Source: a virus (taxonomy: Duplodnaviria; Caudoviricetes). From it: DNA of 53,611 nt. The notes under the pieces are model-generated. The model did no database searches. It was not told where the DNA came from and saw only the letters and a program-made list of their open reading frames with translations. Shown one piece after another: positions 45,437 to 53,611 of this stretch; positions within the stretch are counted from its first letter, which is position 1; the number at the start of each line of letters is the position of its first letter. The position numbers and the translations under genes are program-made. The DNA is taken from IMG/VR virus record IMGVR_UViG_3300036861_000061, positions 1 to 53,611 of that record; one strand, given 5' to 3'.

Positions 45437-45935
45437 TCAACGTCTTCTGCATTGAGAAGTAGTTAATAATGGTATGGTCAAAAGCACCAGATGTACCACC
45501 AAATGTAACCTGTAATCCTGAGTTAGCAGTTGCAGCCACACCACCAGAGAGAAAGAATCCAGTCCCTTTCATAGTAGCGTTTGCACCAACAGCACCAGTT
45601 GTTAGAACGGTTACCACAAACCTCATAAACCAGGGACCAGACAGTGACGAAACTGGCGCTGTCTGAGCAATAGAAGCACCAAGAGGAGTAGCGCCAACTG
45701 CTGTTGCACTCGTTCCAACGAACGGACTAATGGTTAACGCACCAGTAGCAGCAGTAGTAATCAATCCACCGGCTTCAATAATATATACCTTGCCTGGAAC
45801 AGCATCATAAGCAGGTATGGGTGTATATCTACCAGGCTGCCACATAAGAACAGCAGTAGTTGCTACATCTGCTGCTAGCGGGTCGGTGATCGCTGCTTCA
45901 CAAACTCCACCATCTTCTAAATATTGTCGTGCCAT
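45384..45935 (-). CDS. Putative virion protein (beta-rich)
   Basis: Ala/Thr/Gly-rich ORF. Confidence 0.65.
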   Translation of the reverse strand: MARQYLEDGGVCEAAITDPLAADVATTAVLMWQPGRYTPIPAYDAVPGKVYIIEAGGLITTAATGALTISPFVGTSATAVGATPLGASIAQTAPVSSLSGPWFMRFVVTVLTTGAVGANATMKGTGFFLSGGVAATANSGLQVTFGGTSGAFDHTIINYFSMQKTLSVAGSFTTQWVNMSRPN

Positions 45936-45936
45936 A

Positions 45937-46434
45937 TTACCAAGCTTGTATCACGTTAGGAATATTAGAAATACTAGGAATATCTTCGCCCCAAATAATC
46001 GCGTTGACCGTACTGGTACCAAACGCACCAAATGGATCAGGAAAGTCTTGGGGAGTAGTTGTTTCTTTATAGTTACCACCAGCATCGCCCTGAAAGTCGA
46101 AATTTTCAGTTGATGCGTGCATGCCCAACCAATACGTTGTGCCGGACACAATGCTAACTGATGTTCCAAGGGTAGCTTGAAACACATCAGTCCCCTGTGC
46201 AACAGTTAGATTATCAACACTTGCTACACCAAGTAATCCGGCAGGAGCACTAGCACTGTTTGCATAAATACCTAACCGAATTGCAGTTGCCGTAGGATTT
46301 GCAACTTTCGTCTGTGCTTTAATAATCACTAATTGTCCCGTGGACAATGCGACAAAATCCCATGCTGCCGTAGTACCCACCGTGACGAAGTCCCCAGTTG
46401 TCCCGGCAGACTGCCGGCCGAGAAGCACAGTCAC
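45937..46434 (-). CDS. Putative virion protein (beta-sandwich-like)
   Basis: IRLGIYAN..AP..LL and GTTYWLG pattern. Confidence 0.65.
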   Translation of the reverse strand: MTVLLGRQSAGTTGDFVTVGTTAAWDFVALSTGQLVIIKAQTKVANPTATAIRLGIYANSASAPAGLLGVASVDNLTVAQGTDVFQATLGTSVSIVSGTTYWLGMHASTENFDFQGDAGGNYKETTTPQDFPDPFGAFGTSTVNAIIWGEDIPSISNIPNVIQAW

Positions 46435-48648
46435 TCAGGGTGCACTCAGGTCGTGGATCTGCGCGAGCTTCGCGTTCGCCGCGTTAAGCTGTGCCTGGCA
46501 ATCCCCTGTGGGCGGATCGCCGCCGACGACGAGCAGGTGCACGCTGCGCGGTCGCAACGCCACGGTCAGCGAATTGTCGGTGGCGACCGGGGCTGCCGCC
46601 ACCATCTCAAGATCGAGATGGCCGGCACCGGCGTCCATCATGTTCGAATGCTGATCGTCCACGAGGTAGTGCGTGACCGACTTCCCCGAGTACCCCGTCG
46701 GCAGCTGCACCTTCACGGACGGCGTAACGTCTTTGCGGTAGCGCAAATGCGACAGCAGGATCGACAGGCTCCCAACCGCGTCCTTCGACGCCTGCGCGAA
46801 GACGCCCGGTTGACCGACGTAGCTTGACGACACAATCGTCGGCTTGAGCATGCTCCACTGGCGAAAGACGTTGAGGTTCGCCCATGGATTCAGCCGGGAC
46901 ATCAGGCCGCTGGAATCAAAGCCGTCGAGCAGCCCGTCGGTCGCAGTCCCAAACGAGCCATCCTCCGCGACGGGACTGGTATAGACGGCGTACGCAACGC
47001 CAAGACGTTGCATTTCGATCAGGCTCGCGGCGACGAACGCTGCGTGCCAGTCATTGCGGTGATACTCGAATGTGCGCCACGGCGGAACGCCCTGGCCGTG
47101 AAAGTTGCGAATCTGCCAGCACCACTCGCCGACCGCTATGAACGGCACAGGATTCAAGCCGTACTGTGTCGCCCACTGCGTGACCTGCATCCGCGCACGG
47201 TTAAGTTCGCCGAGATTGCCAGAGTAGTAATGCCAGGAGATGAAATCCAGCGGCACGCTGTGAGTGGCGCAAAACTGGATGAGGTTCTTGACCCAGTCCG
47301 TGTTGAAGTCCGCAAAGTCCCCCGCCCCGACCTTCACGGTCGGATCGACCAGCTTGATTGCACCAACAGTCGCGACATACATGGCATGGAATTGGTCCTG
47401 TGTACCGGCCCAGCCGGAACCATCGGGCTCATTCCACACCGACCAGTAACGAACATCGTGGCCGACCTCGATGAGGGTGTGATACACGAGGTCGCGCACC
47501 ATTCGTCCCCACGCCTCATTGTCGTTCGGCGGGATGTTGCAGTAGTTCGCAAAGTCAGCGCGCGTCGTCGGCCCGGCTGGCACACCATCAAGCTGTCCAC
47601 CTGAGTAGGGCTGCACATTGCCCCCCAGTAGTGTCGGCGTTGACCCGGCGTCACCGATGGTCGCCATCCCAAGTCGCGTGTGATAATCCAACGTGCGGTC
47701 CACCACACGCCAGTCATAGGAATACGCACCACTGATGCCCGAAGTCGGGTGCGCCACATCGGGGGCGCCCGTCTTGATCGGCGTCACGCTGAGATACTTG
47801 CCGGATCGCAGGCCCGTGACGGCCTTGGTAGGGATCTGGGCCATCGTCTCGGTCGCAGGCACGGAGAGCGTCAGCAGCCCACCGAGCAGTTTCTGATTGA
47901 CAGTCGCGCCGATCGTCGTGTTCACAGTCAAGACGTTGAGATCATCGACCGTAATCGACTGGCCGGGTGTGCGCGCCTTGCGACTGAGACGTAGATCCGA
48001 CAGCGACCAGCCATCCGCGCCGGCACCATTGAATCCGAGGATCATCAGACCGGTCGTCGCGCTCGGACTCGCCATTACCGCAGGCGCACCGACGTTCGTC
48101 ACAGTGCCGACCGCCGTCCCGTTGACGTAGAGCCTCAAGACACCACCGACGAACGTGATTGCAAGGCTCACCCACTGGCCAGCAGGGATCGTCGGAGTGG
48201 GCTCATAGACGAGAACTGCGGAAACGGGTGCGGTAGCCTGATTGTGGAAGAACCGAAGCACCATCACGTTCTGATGAATGTCGAGCATCAGGGCTTCGTC
48301 GGCGGACAAGCCCAGCGAAAAGAGGTTCGCGCCAAAGGCGTTCGCCCATGACACATCGCCCTTCACGAAGAACTCAATTGTGAACTCGCGGGCGTCCAGC
48401 AAACCCTCTATCGGCATCCACAGAAACCCGTTCGGCCGCACATAGCAGTGGACGCCCCTGCGGTATTTGCCCGGCGCGTCGCGGATCTTCGAGGTCGCCT
48501 GCCACGGCGCGCCATCGGTCACCGGATCCGCCATGATCAGCCCACCGGCGCCCGGCAGCAGAAGCTTCTCCACATCGGCGTCGAACAGGTACAACGTGTC
48601 CGCCTCAACGGACTGTTGGGCAAGGGGATCCCAAACGGTCACAGTCAC
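46435..48648 (-). CDS. LamG plus GH39-like (clan GH-A) glycoside hydrolase
   Basis: FTIEFFVK/LYVNG LamG; YDWRVVDRTLD, YWSVWNEPD (acid/base), LDFISWHYY, VGEW (nucleophile). Confidence 0.85.
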   Translation of the reverse strand: MTVTVWDPLAQQSVEADTLYLFDADVEKLLLPGAGGLIMADPVTDGAPWQATSKIRDAPGKYRRGVHCYVRPNGFLWMPIEGLLDAREFTIEFFVKGDVSWANAFGANLFSLGLSADEALMLDIHQNVMVLRFFHNQATAPVSAVLVYEPTPTIPAGQWVSLAITFVGGVLRLYVNGTAVGTVTNVGAPAVMASPSATTGLMILGFNGAGADGWSLSDLRLSRKARTPGQSITVDDLNVLTVNTTIGATVNQKLLGGLLTLSVPATETMAQIPTKAVTGLRSGKYLSVTPIKTGAPDVAHPTSGISGAYSYDWRVVDRTLDYHTRLGMATIGDAGSTPTLLGGNVQPYSGGQLDGVPAGPTTRADFANYCNIPPNDNEAWGRMVRDLVYHTLIEVGHDVRYWSVWNEPDGSGWAGTQDQFHAMYVATVGAIKLVDPTVKVGAGDFADFNTDWVKNLIQFCATHSVPLDFISWHYYSGNLGELNRARMQVTQWATQYGLNPVPFIAVGEWCWQIRNFHGQGVPPWRTFEYHRNDWHAAFVAASLIEMQRLGVAYAVYTSPVAEDGSFGTATDGLLDGFDSSGLMSRLNPWANLNVFRQWSMLKPTIVSSSYVGQPGVFAQASKDAVGSLSILLSHLRYRKDVTPSVKVQLPTGYSGKSVTHYLVDDQHSNMMDAGAGHLDLEMVAAAPVATDNSLTVALRPRSVHLLVVGGDPPTGDCQAQLNAANAKLAQIHDLSAP

Positions 48649-49082
48649 TCATCCCACGCAATATAAAAGTCGCAAATTTGTCCAGTACCAGTAGGAGTAA
48701 CTATCACGACACCGGACGTTGTTGCATTTTCTAGGATGAACTCACCAGGACCCCACGTCCAGATAACGCCAGAACCGACAGCCGCTCCTAAAGAAGCCTG
48801 CTTGTCGAGAACGGCGTTAATAGTTGCATCTACTGTATGAGTCTGGGCTCCTGTCGCCACAGCCACCTTAGAAAAGTCAGATTCAGGAACAGGAGTTATC
48901 GCTGCTCCCTTAGTCCCGGTAGCACTTGCACGTCCTACTCCAATAGCAAGTGCTGTTGAGGTTGTATTGAATATTCCAATTTCACGTATCTGCGGTCTAA
49001 CGGCAGCAGTCGCGTAAACAGAGGGTCCACGCGCTGCGGTTGGAACAGCAGCCATACGTCCTGATATTGCAAATCTAGCCAT
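48645..49082 (-). CDS. Putative virion protein
   Basis: Ala/Thr-rich; ends YIAWDE; GTGA overlap. Confidence 0.65.
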   Translation of the reverse strand: MARFAISGRMAAVPTAARGPSVYATAAVRPQIREIGIFNTTSTALAIGVGRASATGTKGAAITPVPESDFSKVAVATGAQTHTVDATINAVLDKQASLGAAVGSGVIWTWGPGEFILENATTSGVVIVTPTGTGQICDFYIAWDE

Positions 49083-49085
49083 GTC

Positions 49086-49430
49086 TCACACGTATGCCCA
49101 CAGGACGAATCCTGTCACGGCGGTAGTAGTTGCACCAGTTGTCATTGTCAATCCCTCACCAATCTTAGTAACCCATATTGGAAAACCACTATCGGGAAAT
49201 ACCGGCATAGAAGTAGAGGCTCCCGGCACCATAGTAGGACTTATTGCTGTCCCGGCGCCGGCAGGTTTCGAATTGAAGGTGATACCACCAGCAGCAGTTC
49301 CTTGCACTAACAAGAAGCCCAACACAGCGACCTTCTTGTCAGTTAATGATCCAGTACCGGCAGCAACGAGGGAGGAATCTGTGGTGGCAGTAGCAACGTT
49401 AACGTTAGCTGTTTGTATTGAGTATCCCAT
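49086..49430 (-). CDS. Putative virion protein
   Basis: Thr/Gly-rich coupled ORF. Confidence 0.65.
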   Translation of the reverse strand: MGYSIQTANVNVATATTDSSLVAAGTGSLTDKKVAVLGFLLVQGTAAGGITFNSKPAGAGTAISPTMVPGASTSMPVFPDSGFPIWVTKIGEGLTMTTGATTTAVTGFVLWAYV

Positions 49431-49831
49431 TATTCTTTCTTGAGTTTCTCTATCTCACGCTCAAAGAAGGACCATTTTCCCCGCGCTACTTTGAGTTCGT
49501 GTTCTAATTTAGCGATTTCTTCGTCTTTATCTCCCACGAACTCCATTCCTACTAGGCGCCCAACGTTGATGGCACACTGTTCACAAAGATGAACATCATC
49601 TACAGTAATCAGTAACCCATTAACCTCTTCCACTCCTCCATCGTAAGTGGCTGCTAAATCAATCCATCTTTGAGGATTCATATATTGCTGTCTACAGGAA
49701 GTACAAAAAGCATAGAAAGGAGGTTCAGGTTGCTGTATGAGACGTATATTGCCAACTGATCCTTCCTTAAATCTAGGATTATATTTAATATCAGGCATTA
49801 GATCCTGCCAGTACTTCCGTTCTAAGTCCAC
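49430..49831 (-). CDS. Hypothetical Zn-binding protein
   Basis: CTSC...CEQC and a coiled-coil tail. Confidence 0.65.
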   Translation of the reverse strand: MDLERKYWQDLMPDIKYNPRFKEGSVGNIRLIQQPEPPFYAFCTSCRQQYMNPQRWIDLAATYDGGVEEVNGLLITVDDVHLCEQCAINVGRLVGMEFVGDKDEEIAKLEHELKVARGKWSFFEREIEKLKKE

Positions 49832-50087
49832 CTTGGTAGATACTAATAGTCATCATATCGTTAGACCAACCCGGTTGAGGTTTGTGGTCAGGATTAGCAT
49901 GTCCACTAAACGTTAAGCCAAAGTAGTATTTATTGGGATCACCAAGACAACCACTCTCGATCATATCGACAGCACAAATCTTAGCTTCCTCGAATTCTTT
50001 TAGACATTCATTAGTAGCAGCATTCTTATGTGCTAAAGATGGTATATCTTCTACTGCTACGTTACTAAAAAATTCACTCCAACTCAT
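49791..50087 (-). CDS. Hypothetical protein
   Basis: SGHANPDH.P.PGW motif; GAGG SD. Confidence 0.65.
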   Translation of the reverse strand: MSWSEFFSNVAVEDIPSLAHKNAATNECLKEFEEAKICAVDMIESGCLGDPNKYYFGLTFSGHANPDHKPQPGWSNDMMTISIYQGGLRTEVLAGSNA

Positions 50088-50225
50088 TACTCGTACCTCG
50101 CAATGTCAATTGCGTTCACAAACAAGTTTGTAAACTTATAGCTCATCGTCTACTCCCAAATTTAATATAGTAATATGATAAACACCACTTACACGTACAA
50201 CCATGTTTGAAGTGTTTACAAGGTT

Positions 50226-51719
50226 TCAATACAAAAAGGCCGGTTTGGCTTGTCGCTTCCCCCGTCTGCGATCTTTCCATGCGGCTAGGTCCGCTCCTGT
50301 CAAAGGTTCATCAGTTAATGGATTAATAGGAGTATCAACCTTCTCCGCAGGAGTCAAGTAAGGACGTGCCATCACGACATATCTCAAGGCATCAAGCAAG
50401 TGATCGTCCCTTTTGACTGGTGCTTCCTTAGGATCGTTTTCAGACCCTCTAGGAGGTTTGCTCCATCTATATTTTCTAAACTCGTCAATGGTATTAACAC
50501 AATTGGCCATGACGTAGAGCTTTTTGTGCTCAAGACGCACAGCAACTCTATTAATTCCGGCTCGTACGTCATTTTGTCCTGGGAAGGCTGTGATCCCATA
50601 ATCGTGATATTCTTGTTGCAATGACCGGCCCGTATTATGTTGTACATTTCTAGCGCTCGGATCAATAATATACCACTTAGGACGAATGTTCTTTACCGCG
50701 CAGTAAACCTTTATCTCATGGCAGACTTCCGCAACAGTTTTTCCTTGAGCACAAATCTCATGAAAAACAACAAGACTGTCATCAGGAGTATGCATGATGA
50801 ACAGAACAGCCGCCATGTTGCGGATACCAGGGTCGATTCCGACGTAGACGGTGTTAACGAGATTGTGTACGTCTTGTTCGGGGATGACGTGATCGAAGTG
50901 GGGGTATACGAGCCCGTGTAAGGCGATGAAACGACCAGTCTTTCTCGCTTCCCTTTCTTCAGGAGAGTATTCAGCAAGCGCTTCCTTCTTGGCAGTCTCG
51001 TTGATGTAGGGGTTATCGTCCATGTCAACGAGTTGGACGAAACAGTGGGTAAGTTGGTGTTTGGTATATGGTACATAATACTTATCATACATCCATGACA
51101 TACCATGAACAGGAGTCATCGAGATGATAATGTCCCCGTTATTGTCGATGATTCTAGCTCTATTCTCTTTATAGATATCCTCGGGCGGCTCTTCATCGAA
51201 ATGTACGCGATCCAAAGATGCGCCACCGTGGTTAAAGGCCGCCTGCTCGTAAGTTTTAAACTGACATATGGAACCATTTTTAAACCGTAATGTACGACGC
51301 TCACGGTTATATGCAGTCTTCCAGGTCCCACCGTCCAACTGTGCAGGTGGAATCCACCGCTTGAGCTCTTCATATACAACCAATTCTATTTGATCGAAGT
51401 CCATTGCCACAATGCGCCATCTATAAGGTGGCGTTTTGTGTTTGTAAGGAAGAAGATGTTCAGGAATCACATCTTCATCACAAGCTTGAATAATGTCATC
51501 CACACAACAAGTAATAGTCTTTCCAGCCCTGTTGCCTCCCAAGAACCATTTCCAATGCTTTTTAGATAACAAGAAGTCATGTTGCTTTGGGTAAGGATGA
51601 AAAAACAATAAAGGATTAGCTTCAGCACCCTGAATAATAGAATACAGATCATCGAGAAGTTGCTCACGCTTCTCTGGTTTCATTTTCTGTATTTTTTTCC
51701 AGTCGATTAGATATGCCAT
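50226..51719 (-). CDS. terL: Terminase large subunit
   Basis: PYPKQ, Walker A GGNRAGKT, Walker B VHFDEEP, SMTP, GIDPG, DHLLDALRY. Confidence 0.95.
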   Translation of the reverse strand: MAYLIDWKKIQKMKPEKREQLLDDLYSIIQGAEANPLLFFHPYPKQHDFLLSKKHWKWFLGGNRAGKTITCCVDDIIQACDEDVIPEHLLPYKHKTPPYRWRIVAMDFDQIELVVYEELKRWIPPAQLDGGTWKTAYNRERRTLRFKNGSICQFKTYEQAAFNHGGASLDRVHFDEEPPEDIYKENRARIIDNNGDIIISMTPVHGMSWMYDKYYVPYTKHQLTHCFVQLVDMDDNPYINETAKKEALAEYSPEEREARKTGRFIALHGLVYPHFDHVIPEQDVHNLVNTVYVGIDPGIRNMAAVLFIMHTPDDSLVVFHEICAQGKTVAEVCHEIKVYCAVKNIRPKWYIIDPSARNVQHNTGRSLQQEYHDYGITAFPGQNDVRAGINRVAVRLEHKKLYVMANCVNTIDEFRKYRWSKPPRGSENDPKEAPVKRDDHLLDALRYVVMARPYLTPAEKVDTPINPLTDEPLTGADLAAWKDRRRGKRQAKPAFLY

Positions 51720-52576
51720 GTTTTTTCTTCCAGCCGAGAGCGTTAAAGACGTCCTCCTGATTCAGCCCATAATTACAACAAATTATAAAGATTGAGTAGG
51801 ACCATCCATACGTTTGTCTGTAACGTCTGTAATGTTTTCTAATAATTGGATCACGCATAAGTAATCCGAAATCTTTAGGCGGCGATCTAAATCTTCATTA
51901 ATTTCATCCATATTCTGAAGAAAGTGTATATCATACTCATATAGAAGTCTTATTTTGTAGTCTATATTCTTTATTTGTGTTTTTAGACTATCTTCGATAT
52001 TAAGGGTATTACATACATATACACCACAAATGGTAAATCCCATAATGTACTCCGAAACATTTTATGAGATGGGACTCCGGGTAGGTGTTCTATATAAAAT
52101 AGGCCCCCTACATGAAGTAGAATAATGCAGATAAGGTACCGCAAACTTAGGTACCTGATAATTAGGTACATTATCTTCCCCCCCCCATACCTTATACCAC
52201 TTCAACCTTCTTATACTGGATATTCCAAGTGCTAGACCATCTCTTATAAGACTATATCAATATAGTACCTTACACCTAGTGAACTACTTAGTAATCTAGT
52301 AATCATATCATCTTACTACTATAGGTTATAGTACTCCTATTGATAGTACTTATCATAGTGGTACTACTCATCCTAGTACTTATGATAGTAGTACTTTCCC
52401 GAGTAGTAGTTAAGCTGGTGTGCTTAGGACTACTCGGTGTCGTCCCCTCCTGACCCTCTTGAAAAGAGCACTAAGGGAAGGAGATTCCCTAGATCGTTCC
52501 GCCGCGAGACGGTTCTAACTCCCAACCAATAGTAGGGTTGCGTATGTCATAGCTCTTACACCTTGCCAGGTACTAC

Positions 52577-52605
52577 TTGACTTCGATCACACCGTGTGAG
52601 ACCAT
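52577..52605 (+). promoter_or_regulatory. Candidate early promoter with a palindrome in its spacer
   Basis: TTGACT, 17 nt, GACCAT; TCACAC-C-GTGTGA at 52587-52599. Confidence 0.4.
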
Positions 52606-52939
52606 GCTTCTTACAGACACCACCGAAGGAGCCTGAATCCCTGTAGCTGGGCCAGACCTAGCGCTGACGACATAGAGGAACCGACGACTAGACGTAGGCC
52701 GTCCTAGGGAGAATCACTCCCCTGGATCTGTGCGCCCGCGCCTGGGGTGTCAACTAGGACTGTAGAAGCCTCGCCCTCTGAACCGGGCACTCGGGAAGGA
52801 TGTAAGATGCTTGCTACTTCAGGAATTCATGTGTTCATCCAACTGATGGGCGTATGGGCTTGCATTTTCGGCTTTGTCGGTGTGCTTTGGTTTGCCGCCG
52901 CGAAGTCTGCTCAACCATCGCGTAAGGATGGGGAGAATC

Positions 52940-53188
52940 GTGAGTGAACTCTTCTACATCCAGTCTTACATGTTCACTTGCGAGCCTAGAGACATCTCCA
53001 ATCTGGAAGGGTCCTGCATCATTGAGGACCGTTTTGGAAAGAGGTGCGCTCGATTGAGTGATCGAACTGTTAGGGATGGAATAACCCAAAGTAAGCTCAC
53101 TACAATAGAACATGCCGTCAGTGACGTGAACACATCGCTAGAAGCGCTTGGGCTGGACATTTGTCTAGTGATCGAGCGCTACGTTTGA
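52940..53188 (+). CDS. Hypothetical early protein
   Basis: GGGGAG SD before GTG 52940, within ORF 52874-53188. Confidence 0.55.
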   Translation: MSELFYIQSYMFTCEPRDISNLEGSCIIEDRFGKRCARLSDRTVRDGITQSKLTTIEHAVSDVNTSLEALGLDICLVIERYV

Positions 53189-53259
53189 TAGATACGGCTA
53201 GCTTGGTCAATGCGCGAAAGCGGGAACTACCAAGCTAGCTGTATGTGTCATCCATCTAA
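53183..53259 (+). ncRNA. Long-stem structured element, copy A
   Basis: TGATAGATACGGCTAGCTTGGT...ACCAAGCTAGCTGTATGTGTCA enclosing CGC-GAAA-GCG. Confidence 0.55.
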
Positions 53260-53269
53260 GGAGAGTCAA

Positions 53270-53464
53270 ATGTTCAAGTCGGGAGATAGGGTCCTCTATC
53301 GAGACGACATCAGCCTTCCCGCAGGAACAGTCATCCACATCAATCACTACAACGATGGATCGCTCGACGATTACTACGTCGAATGGGACGACCACAAAGA
53401 GGATGACTTGTACCTCGCCGGTCAGCTTATGCCCGATGGTCCAAGCCTAGGACTCACCTGCTGA
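53270..53464 (+). CDS. Small SH3/KOW-like hypothetical protein
   Basis: TAAGGAG SD; FKSGDRV...GTV...YYVEWD. Confidence 0.65.
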   Translation: MFKSGDRVLYRDDISLPAGTVIHINHYNDGSLDDYYVEWDDHKEDDLYLAGQLMPDGPSLGLTC

Positions 53465-53484
53465 GTGTAGTAACCCGGTCTAAT

Positions 53485-53611
53485 GTTTGATAGATACGGC
53501 TAGCGTTCTCGGAAGATTACCTGTCCGCCCGTCATGTAATGGACGATACAACGGACAATGCACGATAGAAGCCAGAGGGTATGAGATGAGAACGCTAGCT
53601 ATATGTGTCAT
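53485..53611. repeat. Exact terminal direct repeat, right copy
   Basis: Identical to 1-127. Confidence 0.95.

Noticed and set aside
46333-48694. Many plus-strand and alternate-frame ORFs over the GH39 gene (likewise over rsr, capsid and terL)
   Set aside because: Shadow ORFs expected from GC-rich coding sequence; no motifs or SDs.
52625-52770. c-di-AMP or glycine riboswitch, or hammerhead ribozyme
   Set aside because: Only fragments match (CTGAATCC, GGAACC, CCGAAGGAGC, CTGACGA). I could not build the required helices or the hammerhead GAAA core.

Overview
This looks like a complete, circularly assembled dsDNA tailed-phage genome of about 53.5 kb. Positions 1-127 are repeated exactly at 53485-53611. 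The head-tail layout is podovirus/P22-like: terminase, portal, scaffold, capsid, adaptor, tail stabiliser, short fibres and internal virion proteins. The host is probably a high-GC actinobacterium, judged from an mIHF-like gene, an actinobacterial-style TROVE protein, a Gram-positive-type SOS box, a GC-rich glycoside hydrolase insert and five tRNAs that all read A-ending codons. A rightward early region (52.6 kb through the junction to 5.8 kb) carries small ORFs separated by repeated structured RNA elements. Almost all other genes are leftward. The standout is a Ro60/TROVE (Rsr) gene with an upstream array of five Y-RNA-like elements (12763-13592). They share a bulged-C Ro-binding-type helix (CGGGU-C-GA / UU-AUCUG) but each carries a different apical domain. 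One is a full tRNA body whose anticodon loop is replaced by a circularly permuted Y-RNA stem. No integrase, DNA polymerase, primase, RtcB or CRISPR array was recognised. All calls come from reading motifs and base-pairing by eye, with no database searches.
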